The translations under genes and the position numbers were made by a program. The notes beneath the pieces are model-generated. The model worked only from the letters and a program-made list of their open reading frames with translations. It had not been told where the DNA came from and ran no database searches. A stretch of DNA of 64,000 nt from Hydrogenophaga sp. (GTDB taxonomy: Bacteria; Pseudomonadota; Gammaproteobacteria; Burkholderiales; Burkholderiaceae_C): NCBI RefSeq assembly GCF_041913525.1, contig NZ_JAYSFD010000002.1:5186-69185 (forward strand), in the 5' to 3' direction. Shown here one piece after another: positions 17,977 to 26,469 of the stretch (positions are counted from its first letter, which is position 1; every line of letters starts with the position of its first letter).

Positions 17977-18981
17977 ATGGCACACCGCGTCACTTGGCTG
18001 GAAACCGGCCAGGCCTTCGAGGCACAGGCCGACGAACCCGTGCTGTCGGCCGCGCTGCGCTGCTCGGTCGAGCTGCAGCACGACTGCCGCTTCGGTGGCT
18101 GCGGCACCTGCCGGGTCAAGCTGGTGGAGGGCCGCGTCGAGTACGACGAGCTGCCCATGGGCCTGAGCGAAGAAGAGGCCGAGGCCGGCTATGCCCTGCT
18201 GTGCCAGGCACGCGCCTGCTCTGACCTGGTCATCAGCGCCGAGCCCTTGCAGGGCTGCAGCCCGCCCACGCGCCTGCTGGCCTGCGTCACCGAGGTGTGC
18301 GCGCTGGCCGATGACGTCACCCACCTGCGCCTGGAGCTGCCCGACGACAGCCTGCAGTTCCGCCCCGGCCAGTACATGAACGTGCTGCTCGAAGACGGCA
18401 GCCACCGCAGCTTCTCCATGGCCTCGCGCCCGCAAGGCGCGGTGGTGGACTTTCACGTGCGCCGCATCGACGGCGGGCGCTTCACCGACCACGCCGTGCG
18501 CGCCCTGCAAGTGGGCGACGCGCTGGAGGTGGAGCTGCCTCTGGGCGGCTTTCACCTGCACACCCAAGACTACCGGCCCCTGGTGATGATGGCCACCGGC
18601 ACCGGCCTGGCCCCGCTCAAAAGCATGCTGGAGTCGCTGATGGACGACCCCGACTGCCCACCCGTGAGCCTTTACTGGGGCGCGCGCACCGAGGCCGACC
18701 TGTACCTCGATGCCGAGATCCGCACCTGGGGTGAGCGCCTGTACGAGTTCCGCTACGAGCCGGTGCTCTCCCGCGCGTCGGCGGGCTGGGCCGGCCGGCG
18801 CGGTCATGTGCAAGACGCGGTGCTGCAAGACGTGCAAGACCTGGGCGAGTGCGCCTTTTACTTGTGCGGCTCGCCGGCCATGATCGCCGACGCCCGGGCA
18901 GCCCTTATCGCCCGAGGCGCCGACCCCGACTTCATCTACACCGACAGCTTCCTGTTCCAGCACGAGCCGGCCACGGCCTGA
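17977..18981 (+). CDS. [2Fe-2S]-FAD-NAD(P)H oxidoreductase (N-terminal plant-type ferredoxin fused to an FNR-like module)
   Basis: Start at ATG 17977 (MAHRVTWLETGQ). CRFGGCGTC...C motif, RSFSMAS flavin motif and MMATGTGLAP NAD motif. The architecture matches oxygenase reductases of the MmoC/DmpP/AscD type. Confidence 0.9.
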   Translation: MAHRVTWLETGQAFEAQADEPVLSAALRCSVELQHDCRFGGCGTCRVKLVEGRVEYDELPMGLSEEEAEAGYALLCQARACSDLVISAEPLQGCSPPTRLLACVTEVCALADDVTHLRLELPDDSLQFRPGQYMNVLLEDGSHRSFSMASRPQGAVVDFHVRRIDGGRFTDHAVRALQVGDALEVELPLGGFHLHTQDYRPLVMMATGTGLAPLKSMLESLMDDPDCPPVSLYWGARTEADLYLDAEIRTWGERLYEFRYEPVLSRASAGWAGRRGHVQDAVLQDVQDLGECAFYLCGSPAMIADARAALIARGADPDFIYTDSFLFQHEPATA

Positions 18982-19105
18982 ACACCTGGTGCCGGGGGCC
19001 GGGGCCTCCCCAAAAGGCCCGGGGGCCGGCAGCCTCGTGCAAAGCCGGCTACCCTACGGGGCACCCCGCATCGGGGCCGTTCCGTTCCAACCTTTTGTTG
19101 ACCCC

Positions 19106-19711
19106 ATGAAACTCTTTTTCAGCCCCGGCGCCTGCTCGCTGTCGCCCCGCATCGTCCTGGAAGAACTCGGCTTGCCCTACGAGTCCGAGCGCGTGGACCT
19201 CAAGGCCAAGAAGACCGCCAGCGGCGCCGACTACGCCGCCCTCAACCCCAAGGGTTATGTGCCCGCGCTGCAACTCGACAGCGGCGAGCTGCTCACCGAA
19301 GGCCCGGCCATCGTGCAGTACCTGGCCGACCAGGTGCCCGCCAAGGGCCTGGCGCCGGCCAACGGTACCCTGGCGCGCTACCAGTTGCAAAGCTGGCTCA
19401 CCTTCATCGGCACCGAGCTGCACAAGAACTTCAGCCCCTTCTTCAACCCCGCCGCCAGCGACGACTGGAAGGCCGGCGCCCGCGCCAACCTGGAGCGCCG
19501 CCTGGCCTACGTGAACGAGCAACTGGCCAGCCGCCCCTACCTGATGGGCGATGCCTTCAGCGTGGCCGACGCCTACCTCTTCGTGGTGCTGAGCTGGACG
19601 CGCATGCTCAAGATCGACCTGGCGCCGTGGCCCAACGTGGCCGCCTTCCTGGCCCGCGTGGGCCAGCGCCCGGCCGTGCAGGCCGCGCTGAAGGCCGAGG
19701 GCCTGGCGTGA
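19106..19711 (+). CDS. Glutathione S-transferase (beta class, GstA-like)
   Basis: Start at ATG 19106 (MKLFFSPGACSLSPRIVLEELGLPYE). 201 aa. Confidence 0.9.
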   Translation: MKLFFSPGACSLSPRIVLEELGLPYESERVDLKAKKTASGADYAALNPKGYVPALQLDSGELLTEGPAIVQYLADQVPAKGLAPANGTLARYQLQSWLTFIGTELHKNFSPFFNPAASDDWKAGARANLERRLAYVNEQLASRPYLMGDAFSVADAYLFVVLSWTRMLKIDLAPWPNVAAFLARVGQRPAVQAALKAEGLA

Positions 19712-20154
19712 GCGCCTACCAGTTGCCCCCCGGCTTTGCCGACGGCGTGACCGTGCTGCACAACCCGCGCTGCGGCACCTCGCGCAATGTGCTGGCGCTG
19801 ATCCGCCACGCCGGCATCGAGCCGGTGGTGGTGGAGTACCTCAAGACCCCGCCCAGCCGCGAGCAACTGCTGGCCCTGCTGGCCGCCATGGGCGTGGGTG
19901 TCCGTGAGGTGTTGCGCGCCAAAGAGGCTGTTTGTGCCGAGTTGGGGCTGGACCGGCCCGGTGTGAGCGACGAGGCCATTCTGGACGCCATCGGCCAGCA
20001 CCCGGTGCTGCTGAACCGGCCCATCGTGGTCACGCCGCGTGGCGCGGCCCTGTGCCGGCCCTCCGAGCGCGTGCTGGACCTGCTGCCCCCGCTGCCTGGC
20101 CCCTTCACCAAGGAAGACGGCGAGCGCGTGGTTGACCCGCGCACACCGGCCTGA
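19708..20154 (+). CDS. arsC: ArsC/Spx-family arsenate reductase (glutaredoxin-coupled type)
   Basis: The GTG start overlaps the gst stop (GTGA). LHNPRCGTSRNVL catalytic Cys motif and LLNRPIV motif. Confidence 0.85.
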   Translation: MSAYQLPPGFADGVTVLHNPRCGTSRNVLALIRHAGIEPVVVEYLKTPPSREQLLALLAAMGVGVREVLRAKEAVCAELGLDRPGVSDEAILDAIGQHPVLLNRPIVVTPRGAALCRPSERVLDLLPPLPGPFTKEDGERVVDPRTPA

Positions 20155-20190
20155 GGCCCACGCCGCCCGGCCCGCCAGACCCGCCCCGTG

Positions 20191-20213
20191 GCCCCGCGCC
20201 CCGGGGCTTTTTT
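20191..20213 (+). terminator. Rho-independent terminator after arsC
   Basis: gccccg-cgccc-cggggc followed by T6. Confidence 0.7.
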
Positions 20214-20279
20214 GTGTCCGTTCGGCCAGGGTTAACCCCAGGTTGACGCGAGGGGGGTGCTGAGAAATGATCGGAAAAG

Positions 20280-20290
20280 TTGCCTAGCAA
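20280..20290. promoter_or_regulatory. TTGCCTAGCAA quasi-palindrome, site a
   Basis: Sits in an AT-rich patch 60 nt upstream of the cytochrome c start. TTGCCT could double as a -35 box, with AATCTT 16 nt downstream. Confidence 0.6.
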
Positions 20291-20304
20291 TTAAATATTT
20301 CAAT

Positions 20305-20325
20305 CTTGCATCTTTTTGATGCAAG
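20305..20325. promoter_or_regulatory. Perfect 8-bp inverted repeat CTTGCATC-TTTTT-GATGCAAG
   Basis: Lies between motif site a and the cytochrome c ATG. It could be an operator or a 5'-UTR hairpin. Confidence 0.5.
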
Positions 20326-20349
20326 TCCGGTCTCACCCATCGCGCCCCG

Positions 20350-21027
20350 ATGCCTCGCTTCATCGCCTCTTCTCTTGTCACCACGGCCCGCGCCCGCTGG
20401 CGGCACGGGTTCGTTCTCGTGCTGCTGGCCTGGCTGCCCGTGCTGGCCTCGGCCCAGGCCCGGGGCGAGGCACGCGCCGAGGCGCTGTACCGCCAGCATT
20501 GCGCCCAGTGCCACGGGGCCAACAAGCAGGGCGGGCCCGGTGTGCCCGACCTGTCGGGCGGTCTGGCGGCCTGGGGCCGCAGCGCCGAGTCCATCGCACA
20601 GACCATTCGCCACGGCATTCGCGTGCCCGGCCATGCGGCCACCCGGGGCGGCATCATGCCCGCCTTCAAGACCAATGCCGCCGAGTTCTCCGACGACGAG
20701 GTGCACGAACTGGTGGAATACCTCTTGCAACTGCGCCAGCAGCCGGCCGATGCCGCCGCCGCTTTGCGCGGCAAAGCCAACTTTGAATGGTGCGTGGCCT
20801 GCCACGGCCAGGACGCGCGCGGCAACACCAGCGTGGGCGGCCCCAACCTGCTGGCGCCGCGCCTGCAATACGGCGCCACGCGCCAGGCCCTGTTCGAGAG
20901 CATCGCCCAGGGCCGTGCCGGCACCTGCCCGCCCTGGGAAGGGCGCCTGGATGCCGCCGACATCGACACCCTGGCCCGTCACCTCGCTGGCGGCATGGCG
21001 AAGTCGCCCTCTCAATCCCAACCCTGA
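20350..21027 (+). CDS. Diheme c-type cytochrome (CcoP-like soluble domains)
   Basis: 225 aa with a signal/anchor (FVLVLLAWLPVLASAQA) and two CxxCH motifs (CAQCH, CVACH). No obvious SD, so the start is uncertain. Confidence 0.85.
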   Translation: MPRFIASSLVTTARARWRHGFVLVLLAWLPVLASAQARGEARAEALYRQHCAQCHGANKQGGPGVPDLSGGLAAWGRSAESIAQTIRHGIRVPGHAATRGGIMPAFKTNAAEFSDDEVHELVEYLLQLRQQPADAAAALRGKANFEWCVACHGQDARGNTSVGGPNLLAPRLQYGATRQALFESIAQGRAGTCPPWEGRLDAADIDTLARHLAGGMAKSPSQSQP

Positions 21028-21033
21028 AACACC

Positions 21034-21513
21034 ATGAGCCTGATCGAACGGGTAGACGCCAGCGCCTACGCGGAGTGGATTCGCAACTCCGACATCCTGT
21101 ACCCCCTGCTGCAGGTGGTGCACATCATCGGCATCTCCATCGTGGTGGGCTCGCTCATCGCGGGCAATGTGCGAGTGCTCGGCGCCGCCCGCGACCTGCC
21201 GCTGCGCGATTTTTCGCGCCACCTCTACCGCTGGGTGCTGGTGGGGCTGGTGCTGTTCCTGCTGACCGGCGTGCACATGGCGGTGGCCTTTCTGCACATC
21301 TTCGCCGTCAACCCGGTGATGGGCATCAAGCTGGTGCTGCTGGCACTGGCCGTGGCCGTCAACGTCTATCTGTACCGCTGGCAGTTCGCGGCAGCGGTGG
21401 CCCCGACCCAGGCCGGCGCACGCCAGAAGGCGTTGGCGGCGCTGTCGGTGCTCTTGCTGCTGACCATCATCGTGATGGGCAAGTTGCTGGCCTACATCGG
21501 CGGCAAAGACTGA
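21034..21513 (+). CDS. 4-TM membrane protein of unknown function (paralog 1)
   Basis: 159 aa. It aligns with the next gene (H-I/L-x-G...VG...LR-V/L-LG...LP...NP...KLVL). Confidence 0.75.
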   Translation: MSLIERVDASAYAEWIRNSDILYPLLQVVHIIGISIVVGSLIAGNVRVLGAARDLPLRDFSRHLYRWVLVGLVLFLLTGVHMAVAFLHIFAVNPVMGIKLVLLALAVAVNVYLYRWQFAAAVAPTQAGARQKALAALSVLLLLTIIVMGKLLAYIGGKD

Positions 21514-21547
21514 TCTCCTGGGCCCCGGCCGAACCGCGCACCACACC

Positions 21548-22039
21548 ATGACCGAATTCCTGCTTCAACTCAAATACTCCGCCTACGGCACCTGGGTCGG
21601 CACCTCGCTCTGGGGCTACGCCATCTTCGAGAGCCTGCACCTGATGGGCGTGGCCCTGCTGGTGGGCGCCATCACCCTCACCGACCTGCGCCTGCTGGGT
21701 TTCTCGCGCGTGCTGCCGGTGACGCTCACCGAGAAGTACTTGCTGCCCTGGGTGTGGTCGGGCTTCGCCATCGTGGTGTTCAGCGGCGTGAGCATGTTCA
21801 TCACCGACGGTTCTTACTTTCTGGAGAACCCCTTCCTGCTGTCCAAGCTGGTGCTCATCGTGCTGGCCGGGCTGAACGCGGGCTTCTTCCAGTTCCGTGT
21901 GCACCGCAGCGTGGCGGCCTGGGACGCCCAGCAGCCTTCGCCCGCGCTGGCCCGCCTGTGCGCGGCCCTGTCCATCGGCTTCTGGTTCCTGGCCGTGGCC
22001 TGCGGCCGCCTGATCGCCTACCCCGAACTCTGGTCCTGA
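21548..22039 (+). CDS. 4-TM membrane protein of unknown function (paralog 2)
   Basis: 163 aa, paralogous to 21034-21513. Confidence 0.75.
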   Translation: MTEFLLQLKYSAYGTWVGTSLWGYAIFESLHLMGVALLVGAITLTDLRLLGFSRVLPVTLTEKYLLPWVWSGFAIVVFSGVSMFITDGSYFLENPFLLSKLVLIVLAGLNAGFFQFRVHRSVAAWDAQQPSPALARLCAALSIGFWFLAVACGRLIAYPELWS

Positions 22040-22065
22040 GCGGCCGCCTCACCCCTCGCCAACCC

Positions 22066-23181
22066 ATGTCCCAAGCCACTGTTCGCGCGGCCGTCAAGAC
22101 CGCGCCCGAAGTCATCGAAATTCGCGAGTTTCCCCGCCCCGTGGTGGCGCCCGACGCCGGCCTGCTGCGCGTGGAGTGCGCCGGCGTGGGCGGCAGCGAC
22201 CCCGAGGTCTACCGCAAGCCCAACCACGCGCCCATCATCATGGGCCACGAAAACGTGGGCACCATCGACGAGGTGGGCGAGGTGGCCGCCCGGCGCTGGG
22301 GCGTGAAGGTGGGCGACCGCGTCGCCCTGCACGAGTACCTGCCCTGCTGGCACTGCGAGTGGTGCATGAAGGGCGACTTCCGCCTGTGCATGGAGGTGGA
22401 CTTCTTCAACGTGAAAGACCGCCTCAACACCCCGCGCTTCGGCATGAGCACCTGCGAGGCCGCGCCGCACCTGTGGGGCGGTTTCGCCGAGTACATGCAC
22501 CTGCCGGCCAACGCGGTGATGCACAAAATCCCGGCCCACCTTGACGCCCGTCTGGCCACGCTGGCCGTGCCTTTTGGCAACGGCGTGCAGTGGGCTTGTC
22601 TGGACGGTGGCGCCGGCCCGGGCAAGACGGTGCTGGTGTTCGGCCCCGGCCAGCAAGGCCTGGGCTGCGTGCTCGCGGCCAAGGCAGCGGGTGCCTACAA
22701 CGTGATCCTGGTCGGCCTCACGCGCGACCGTGACCGGCTGGACCTGAGCTTGCACCTGGGCGCGGACGTGGCCATCGACGCCGAGCAGGAAGACCTCAGC
22801 CGCCGCGTGATGGAGATCACCGGCGGGCGTGGCGTGGACGTGGTGGTGGACACCACCGGCGACCCCACCGGCAGCGTGGCCGCCACGGCCGTGGCGCTGG
22901 CCGCCAAGGGCGCCTACCTCAGCCTCAACGGCCTGGAGCAGTCGGTGCCCATCGGTGAGATCAAGAAGCGCTACCTCACGGTGCGTGCCCCGCGCGGGCG
23001 CAGCTACGCCGCCGTGGAGCTGGCCCTGCGCTACATCGCCAGCGGGCGCTGGCCGCTGGAGCGCGTGTGCTCGCACGACTACCCGCTGGAGCAGGTGGAC
23101 TTGGCCATCAAGGCCACCGCCGGCCGTGAGGTCAAGGGCGCCATTCACGTCACCGTCAGCCCCTGGCGGCGCGACGCCTGA
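22066..23181 (+). CDS. Zn-dependent alcohol dehydrogenase (MDR superfamily)
   Basis: Start at ATG 22066 (MSQATVRAAV). GHENVG catalytic Zn motif, CWHCEWCMKGDFRLC structural Zn site, and VFGPGQQGLG Rossmann. Confidence 0.92.
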   Translation: MSQATVRAAVKTAPEVIEIREFPRPVVAPDAGLLRVECAGVGGSDPEVYRKPNHAPIIMGHENVGTIDEVGEVAARRWGVKVGDRVALHEYLPCWHCEWCMKGDFRLCMEVDFFNVKDRLNTPRFGMSTCEAAPHLWGGFAEYMHLPANAVMHKIPAHLDARLATLAVPFGNGVQWACLDGGAGPGKTVLVFGPGQQGLGCVLAAKAAGAYNVILVGLTRDRDRLDLSLHLGADVAIDAEQEDLSRRVMEITGGRGVDVVVDTTGDPTGSVAATAVALAAKGAYLSLNGLEQSVPIGEIKKRYLTVRAPRGRSYAAVELALRYIASGRWPLERVCSHDYPLEQVDLAIKATAGREVKGAIHVTVSPWRRDA

Positions 23182-23201
23182 TCGTGCCGCTTTTGTGCCG
23201 G

Positions 23202-23224
23202 AACCCGCGCCAGACGCGGGTTTT
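23202..23224 (+). terminator. Rho-independent terminator after the ADH
   Basis: cccgcg-ccaga-cgcggg followed by TTTT. Confidence 0.7.
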
Positions 23225-23290
23225 GGGCGTTTTCCCTAGTGCCTTCCCCCAGGTGGTGGAGGGCATTTTCACGATAGCTGTGCTACCCTC

Positions 23291-23998
23291 GTGGGCTATC
23301 TTTTTGAGCTAACAATCGTGGACTCTGCAAACAACACGCCAGTGGTTGACGTGCCAGCGCGAATTGCCAATGAGATTCAGGCGCTGATCAACCGGGGCAC
23401 GCTGTCGCCTGGTGTTCACCTGGGCCAGGCCGAACTGGCCGAGCGCTTCCAGACCAGCCGCGTGCCGGTGCGCGAAGCCCTCAAACTGCTCGCCGCACAA
23501 GGCAGCCTGCAACACGACCCCAACCGCGGTTTCTTCGTGGCCCCGCTCTCCAGCGATGAGGCCCGCCAGCTTTACCGCATGCGCCACCTGCTTGAGGTGG
23601 ACCTGCTCTCCACCGTGGAGTGGCCCGACAAGCCGCGCCTGGCCCAGCTCAAGGCCATGGTGGCCGAGCTGGAAAGCATCGTGGCCGCCGACGACCGCTC
23701 GCAGTGGGCGGTGAAGCACCGCGAGTTCCAGCTCGCCATCTTTGACCTGTCGCCGCAGAAGCTCATCCTGCGCGAGATCGTGCGCCTCTGGGCCCTGACC
23801 GACCGCTACCGCTCGCTGCTGCTGGCCACGGGCAGCCCCAAGGGCAACAAGAAGGTGGGGCGCGCCTGCGAGCAAGAGCACAAGCTCATTGCCGCGCTGG
23901 AGCAGAAAGACCTCAAGCGCCTGATGGCCGTGTACGACGAGGAGCGCACCTACGTGGAAGAGGTGCTGCTGGGTGTGCTGCGCGACCGCGGCCTCTGA
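23291..23998 (+). CDS. GntR-family (FCD) transcriptional regulator
   Basis: GTG start (an alternative GTG lies at 23318). HTH region LGQAELAERFQTSRVPVREALKLLAAQGSLQHDPNRGFFV. Confidence 0.88.
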   Translation: MGYLFELTIVDSANNTPVVDVPARIANEIQALINRGTLSPGVHLGQAELAERFQTSRVPVREALKLLAAQGSLQHDPNRGFFVAPLSSDEARQLYRMRHLLEVDLLSTVEWPDKPRLAQLKAMVAELESIVAADDRSQWAVKHREFQLAIFDLSPQKLILREIVRLWALTDRYRSLLLATGSPKGNKKVGRACEQEHKLIAALEQKDLKRLMAVYDEERTYVEEVLLGVLRDRGL

Positions 23999-24020
23999 TC
24001 CGCCGCCTCTCCAGCCAACA

Positions 24021-24045
24021 CGCGCCCCGAGGGGCGCGTTTTTCA
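24021..24045. terminator. Terminator hairpin between convergent GntR and hipA
   Basis: acgcgcccc-ga-ggggcgcgt followed by T5. Confidence 0.75.
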
Positions 24046-24130
24046 TTGGGGCTCAGGCCTTGCCCGGCGCCGGTCGCTGGCCCGGCACCGGTCAGGCACA
24101 TGGCGCGCGCATGCAAGGCCAATGCTTGCG

Positions 24131-25477
24131 CTAGGGCAGTCGCTTGCGCAGAGCGGGTGTGGACACGTCGTCCAGATGCCGGAACGCGGGCGCGATCTTG
24201 TCGATCTCCAGTGCGGACACGCCAGCGCGCTCAAAAAAGACCTTCCACTCGCGCACCGTCTTCCAGACATCGGCGATCAGTTGCTCGGCCTCTGGCGTCG
24301 AGAGGGTGAACCTGGCGTGGGCCGCCAGCGCGTTGTCGAGGGTGGCCAGGCGCCCTTGAGGGCCTATCCCCAGGTGCAGGAAGCGCTCGGTCGCCTGGCT
24401 GGCACGCGGCAAGACGTCGTACAGCGGGCTCAGGCGCCAGCCGGGCAATCTGGGGTCCCAGAGGAAGCCGTGGTTGCGCAGGTGGTCGTCATCGTTGCTG
24501 ACAAAGATGTTGTAGACCATGCGCTTGAAGAGTTCTTCGTTGTCCGCGCGGATGACGCTTGGGTGGCAGTGGTCACGCACCGCTTGTGCAAGGTCGCCAT
24601 AGCCCTTCGTGCGCGATTCCGTTTCGTCGCAAGCCACCATGGTCAGGCCACTGACGAAGCCCAGGCGGTGCTCCACCCGGCCATGGCCGGGCGTGGTGCG
24701 CAACAGGTCGTCCGCCGGGCCAGGCGCCGTGGTCGGTGCGGCCCAGTAGCGGTCGAAACGGCGGATGAGCATGACCTTGCGGTCGCCGACGGCGCGCATG
24801 TCGAGTGGGGGCACGCGCAGGCCGGCTTCAGCGGCCAGCCGCAGCGCGGCGCACTCCACGCCGGGAACGTCGAAGCGGTCTTGTCGGCTGGAGAACTTGG
24901 CCAGCCATAGCACCCCATCCTCGTCGCGCACCGAGGCCTTGGGGCGTGCGCCGCCGAGCGCGGTGCCGTCCACAAAGATGGCTTGCAGGTGCGCCGGTAC
25001 CGGCAGCCCCTCTTCGATGCGGTCGGCGGCCTCCAACAGGTGTGTCAGGTCGTGTGACACCTGGGGGCCAAGGGTCGGGCCGTCGGTGATGTTGGAGCGG
25101 ATGTCGAGCGCCCCCACGCGCTCACTGCCGGCGTGCAGCAGGTACTGGGATTCCGGCAGGCTGTTGGCCGGCGCCTTGAGCTTGGCCTCGATGACACGTC
25201 GCCCCCAGGCGTCGGGGGCGGCATCGCGAATGCCGCCGAACAGTGGCAGCCGGTTGATGGGCAGCAGGCGCTTGCCCAGCACGTCTTGCGGGCGGCGAAG
25301 ACTCAGGCTGACGGGGTCGACCTCCAGGGCGTCCGGGCGCCGCGCGTAGTTCAGGCCGTAGGCAAAGCTGGCGGCTTGCACTTCGGTGCCTTGTTCGGTC
25401 ATGAGCAACTGCCCGCATGGCTTCCACTGCGCGCCGAGGTGGGCGAAGACCATCAACTTGAGGTTCTGGCTTGCCAT
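24131..25477 (-). CDS. hipA: HipA-family type II toxin Ser/Thr kinase
   Basis: 448 aa with an N-terminal HipA coupling domain, GGARPKA, and the catalytic-loop-like NDDDHLRNHGFL. Confidence 0.92.
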   Translation of the reverse strand: MASQNLKLMVFAHLGAQWKPCGQLLMTEQGTEVQAASFAYGLNYARRPDALEVDPVSLSLRRPQDVLGKRLLPINRLPLFGGIRDAAPDAWGRRVIEAKLKAPANSLPESQYLLHAGSERVGALDIRSNITDGPTLGPQVSHDLTHLLEAADRIEEGLPVPAHLQAIFVDGTALGGARPKASVRDEDGVLWLAKFSSRQDRFDVPGVECAALRLAAEAGLRVPPLDMRAVGDRKVMLIRRFDRYWAAPTTAPGPADDLLRTTPGHGRVEHRLGFVSGLTMVACDETESRTKGYGDLAQAVRDHCHPSVIRADNEELFKRMVYNIFVSNDDDHLRNHGFLWDPRLPGWRLSPLYDVLPRASQATERFLHLGIGPQGRLATLDNALAAHARFTLSTPEAEQLIADVWKTVREWKVFFERAGVSALEIDKIAPAFRHLDDVSTPALRKRLP

Positions 25478-25484
25478 GGGCGGC

Positions 25485-25826
25485 TCAGAAATCGAGCTCT
25501 TTCAGCTCGGCCGCACTCAGGTCGCGAACGCGCTGGGTCTTCTCGCGTGCCGCCAGGGCCAGCAGAGCCGGCTCTGTTTCAGACAGCAGGTCCAGCAGGG
25601 TGCTGCCCGGCGAGATGGCCTCGAGATAGCGCAACACCTGCCCGATGGCGAGTCCCGGGTCTCCTTTTTCCAGGCGGTAGGCCGTGTTGCGGGACAGCCC
25701 GGCGCGCAAGGCGGCGTCTGACTGCTTCACTTGCCGCGCCTGGCGCAGCCGGGCGAGCAGCCGCCCCAGGCGAGCGCACTCCTCAAGCTGGCGAGGAGAA
25801 AGCATGGCGGTTTGGCTGACTTTCAT
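25485..25826 (-). CDS. hipB: HipB-like XRE-family HTH antitoxin
   Basis: 113 aa. HTH region LRQARQVKQSDAALRAGLSRNTAYRLEKG. It lies 7 nt upstream of hipA. An alternative start is ATG 25805. Confidence 0.85.
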   Translation of the reverse strand: MKVSQTAMLSPRQLEECARLGRLLARLRQARQVKQSDAALRAGLSRNTAYRLEKGDPGLAIGQVLRYLEAISPGSTLLDLLSETEPALLALAAREKTQRVRDLSAAELKELDF

Positions 25827-25860
25827 GTTCGATTATTCGAGGCTAATCAGGTTAGAACTT

Positions 25861-25954
25861 GATTAAACGAACATCATAGCCAGTTGAAGTCGGTCAGGGA
25901 TGACGAGATCGTGAAATCGATCGTCAGGGCTGTAAAACTCGATTTAACGATCAT
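25861..25954. promoter_or_regulatory. Two direct repeats GATT(A/T)AACGA(A)(C/T)CAT in the hipBA promoter region
   Basis: GATTAAACGAACATCAT (25861-25877) and GATTTAACGATCAT (25941-25954) lie in the AT-rich stretch upstream of hipB. Confidence 0.45.
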
Positions 25955-25992
25955 TTCGCCCGGTGATTGCGCCCAGTTCGCACCGCTGCCGC

Positions 25993-26469
25993 TCAGGCGA
26001 TCTGGCGGCGCAGCACCACCGGCTTGCCACCGTGGCGGCGCTTGACCATCCAGGCCGCCAGGGCCGAGTCGAGGTAGTCGGCGTGGCCGGGGAACCACCG
26101 GGTGAGTTCTTCGGCGAAGCGGCGGGCGGTGGCCACGTCGCCGGCGCGGGCGCGTTCCAGCACTTCCACGGCCGAGGCCAGTACCTGGGCGTGCTCGGCG
26201 ATGTGGCAGTCGGCGGCGGGGAAGTCGGTCTCTCGCATCCAGGTGTCTTCTTCGCCGAAGTGCCGGTGGGCGTGGTCGATGAAGGCCTGCACGCGCTGCG
26301 GCATGGTGGTGGCGTCGGCGTTCAGCAGGCCTTGCACCACGTCAACAAACTCGCGGTGGGTGGCGTCCATTTCGCCAAAGCCCAGCAGGAAGGCGTCATG
26401 CCAGGCGAAGGTGGCGGGGTCTTGGCTGGCGGCGGGGGTGGGGGCGGTGTCAGTCGGCATCGGCGGCAA
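25993..26469 (-). CDS. Bacteriohemerythrin-like protein
   Basis: 158 aa with hemerythrin His/Asp/Glu motifs ([29 protein letters not shown]). Confidence 0.85.
   Translation of the reverse strand: MPPMPTDTAPTPAASQDPATFAWHDAFLLGFGEMDATHREFVDVVQGLLNADATTMPQRVQAFIDHAHRHFGEEDTWMRETDFPAADCHIAEHAQVLASAVEVLERARAGDVATARRFAEELTRWFPGHADYLDSALAAWMVKRRHGGKPVVLRRQIA

Noticed and set aside
20306-21037. Alternative-frame ORFs overlapping the cytochrome c gene (243 aa and 156 aa).
   Set aside because: They are Pro/Arg/Ala-rich shadow frames. Only the 20350 frame contains the CxxCH motifs and a signal peptide.
24046-25992. hipBA region considered as a remnant of a prophage or genomic island.
   Set aside because: It has no integrase, tRNA or phage genes, and the GC content of the coding part is similar to its surroundings. 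Only the promoter is AT-rich.
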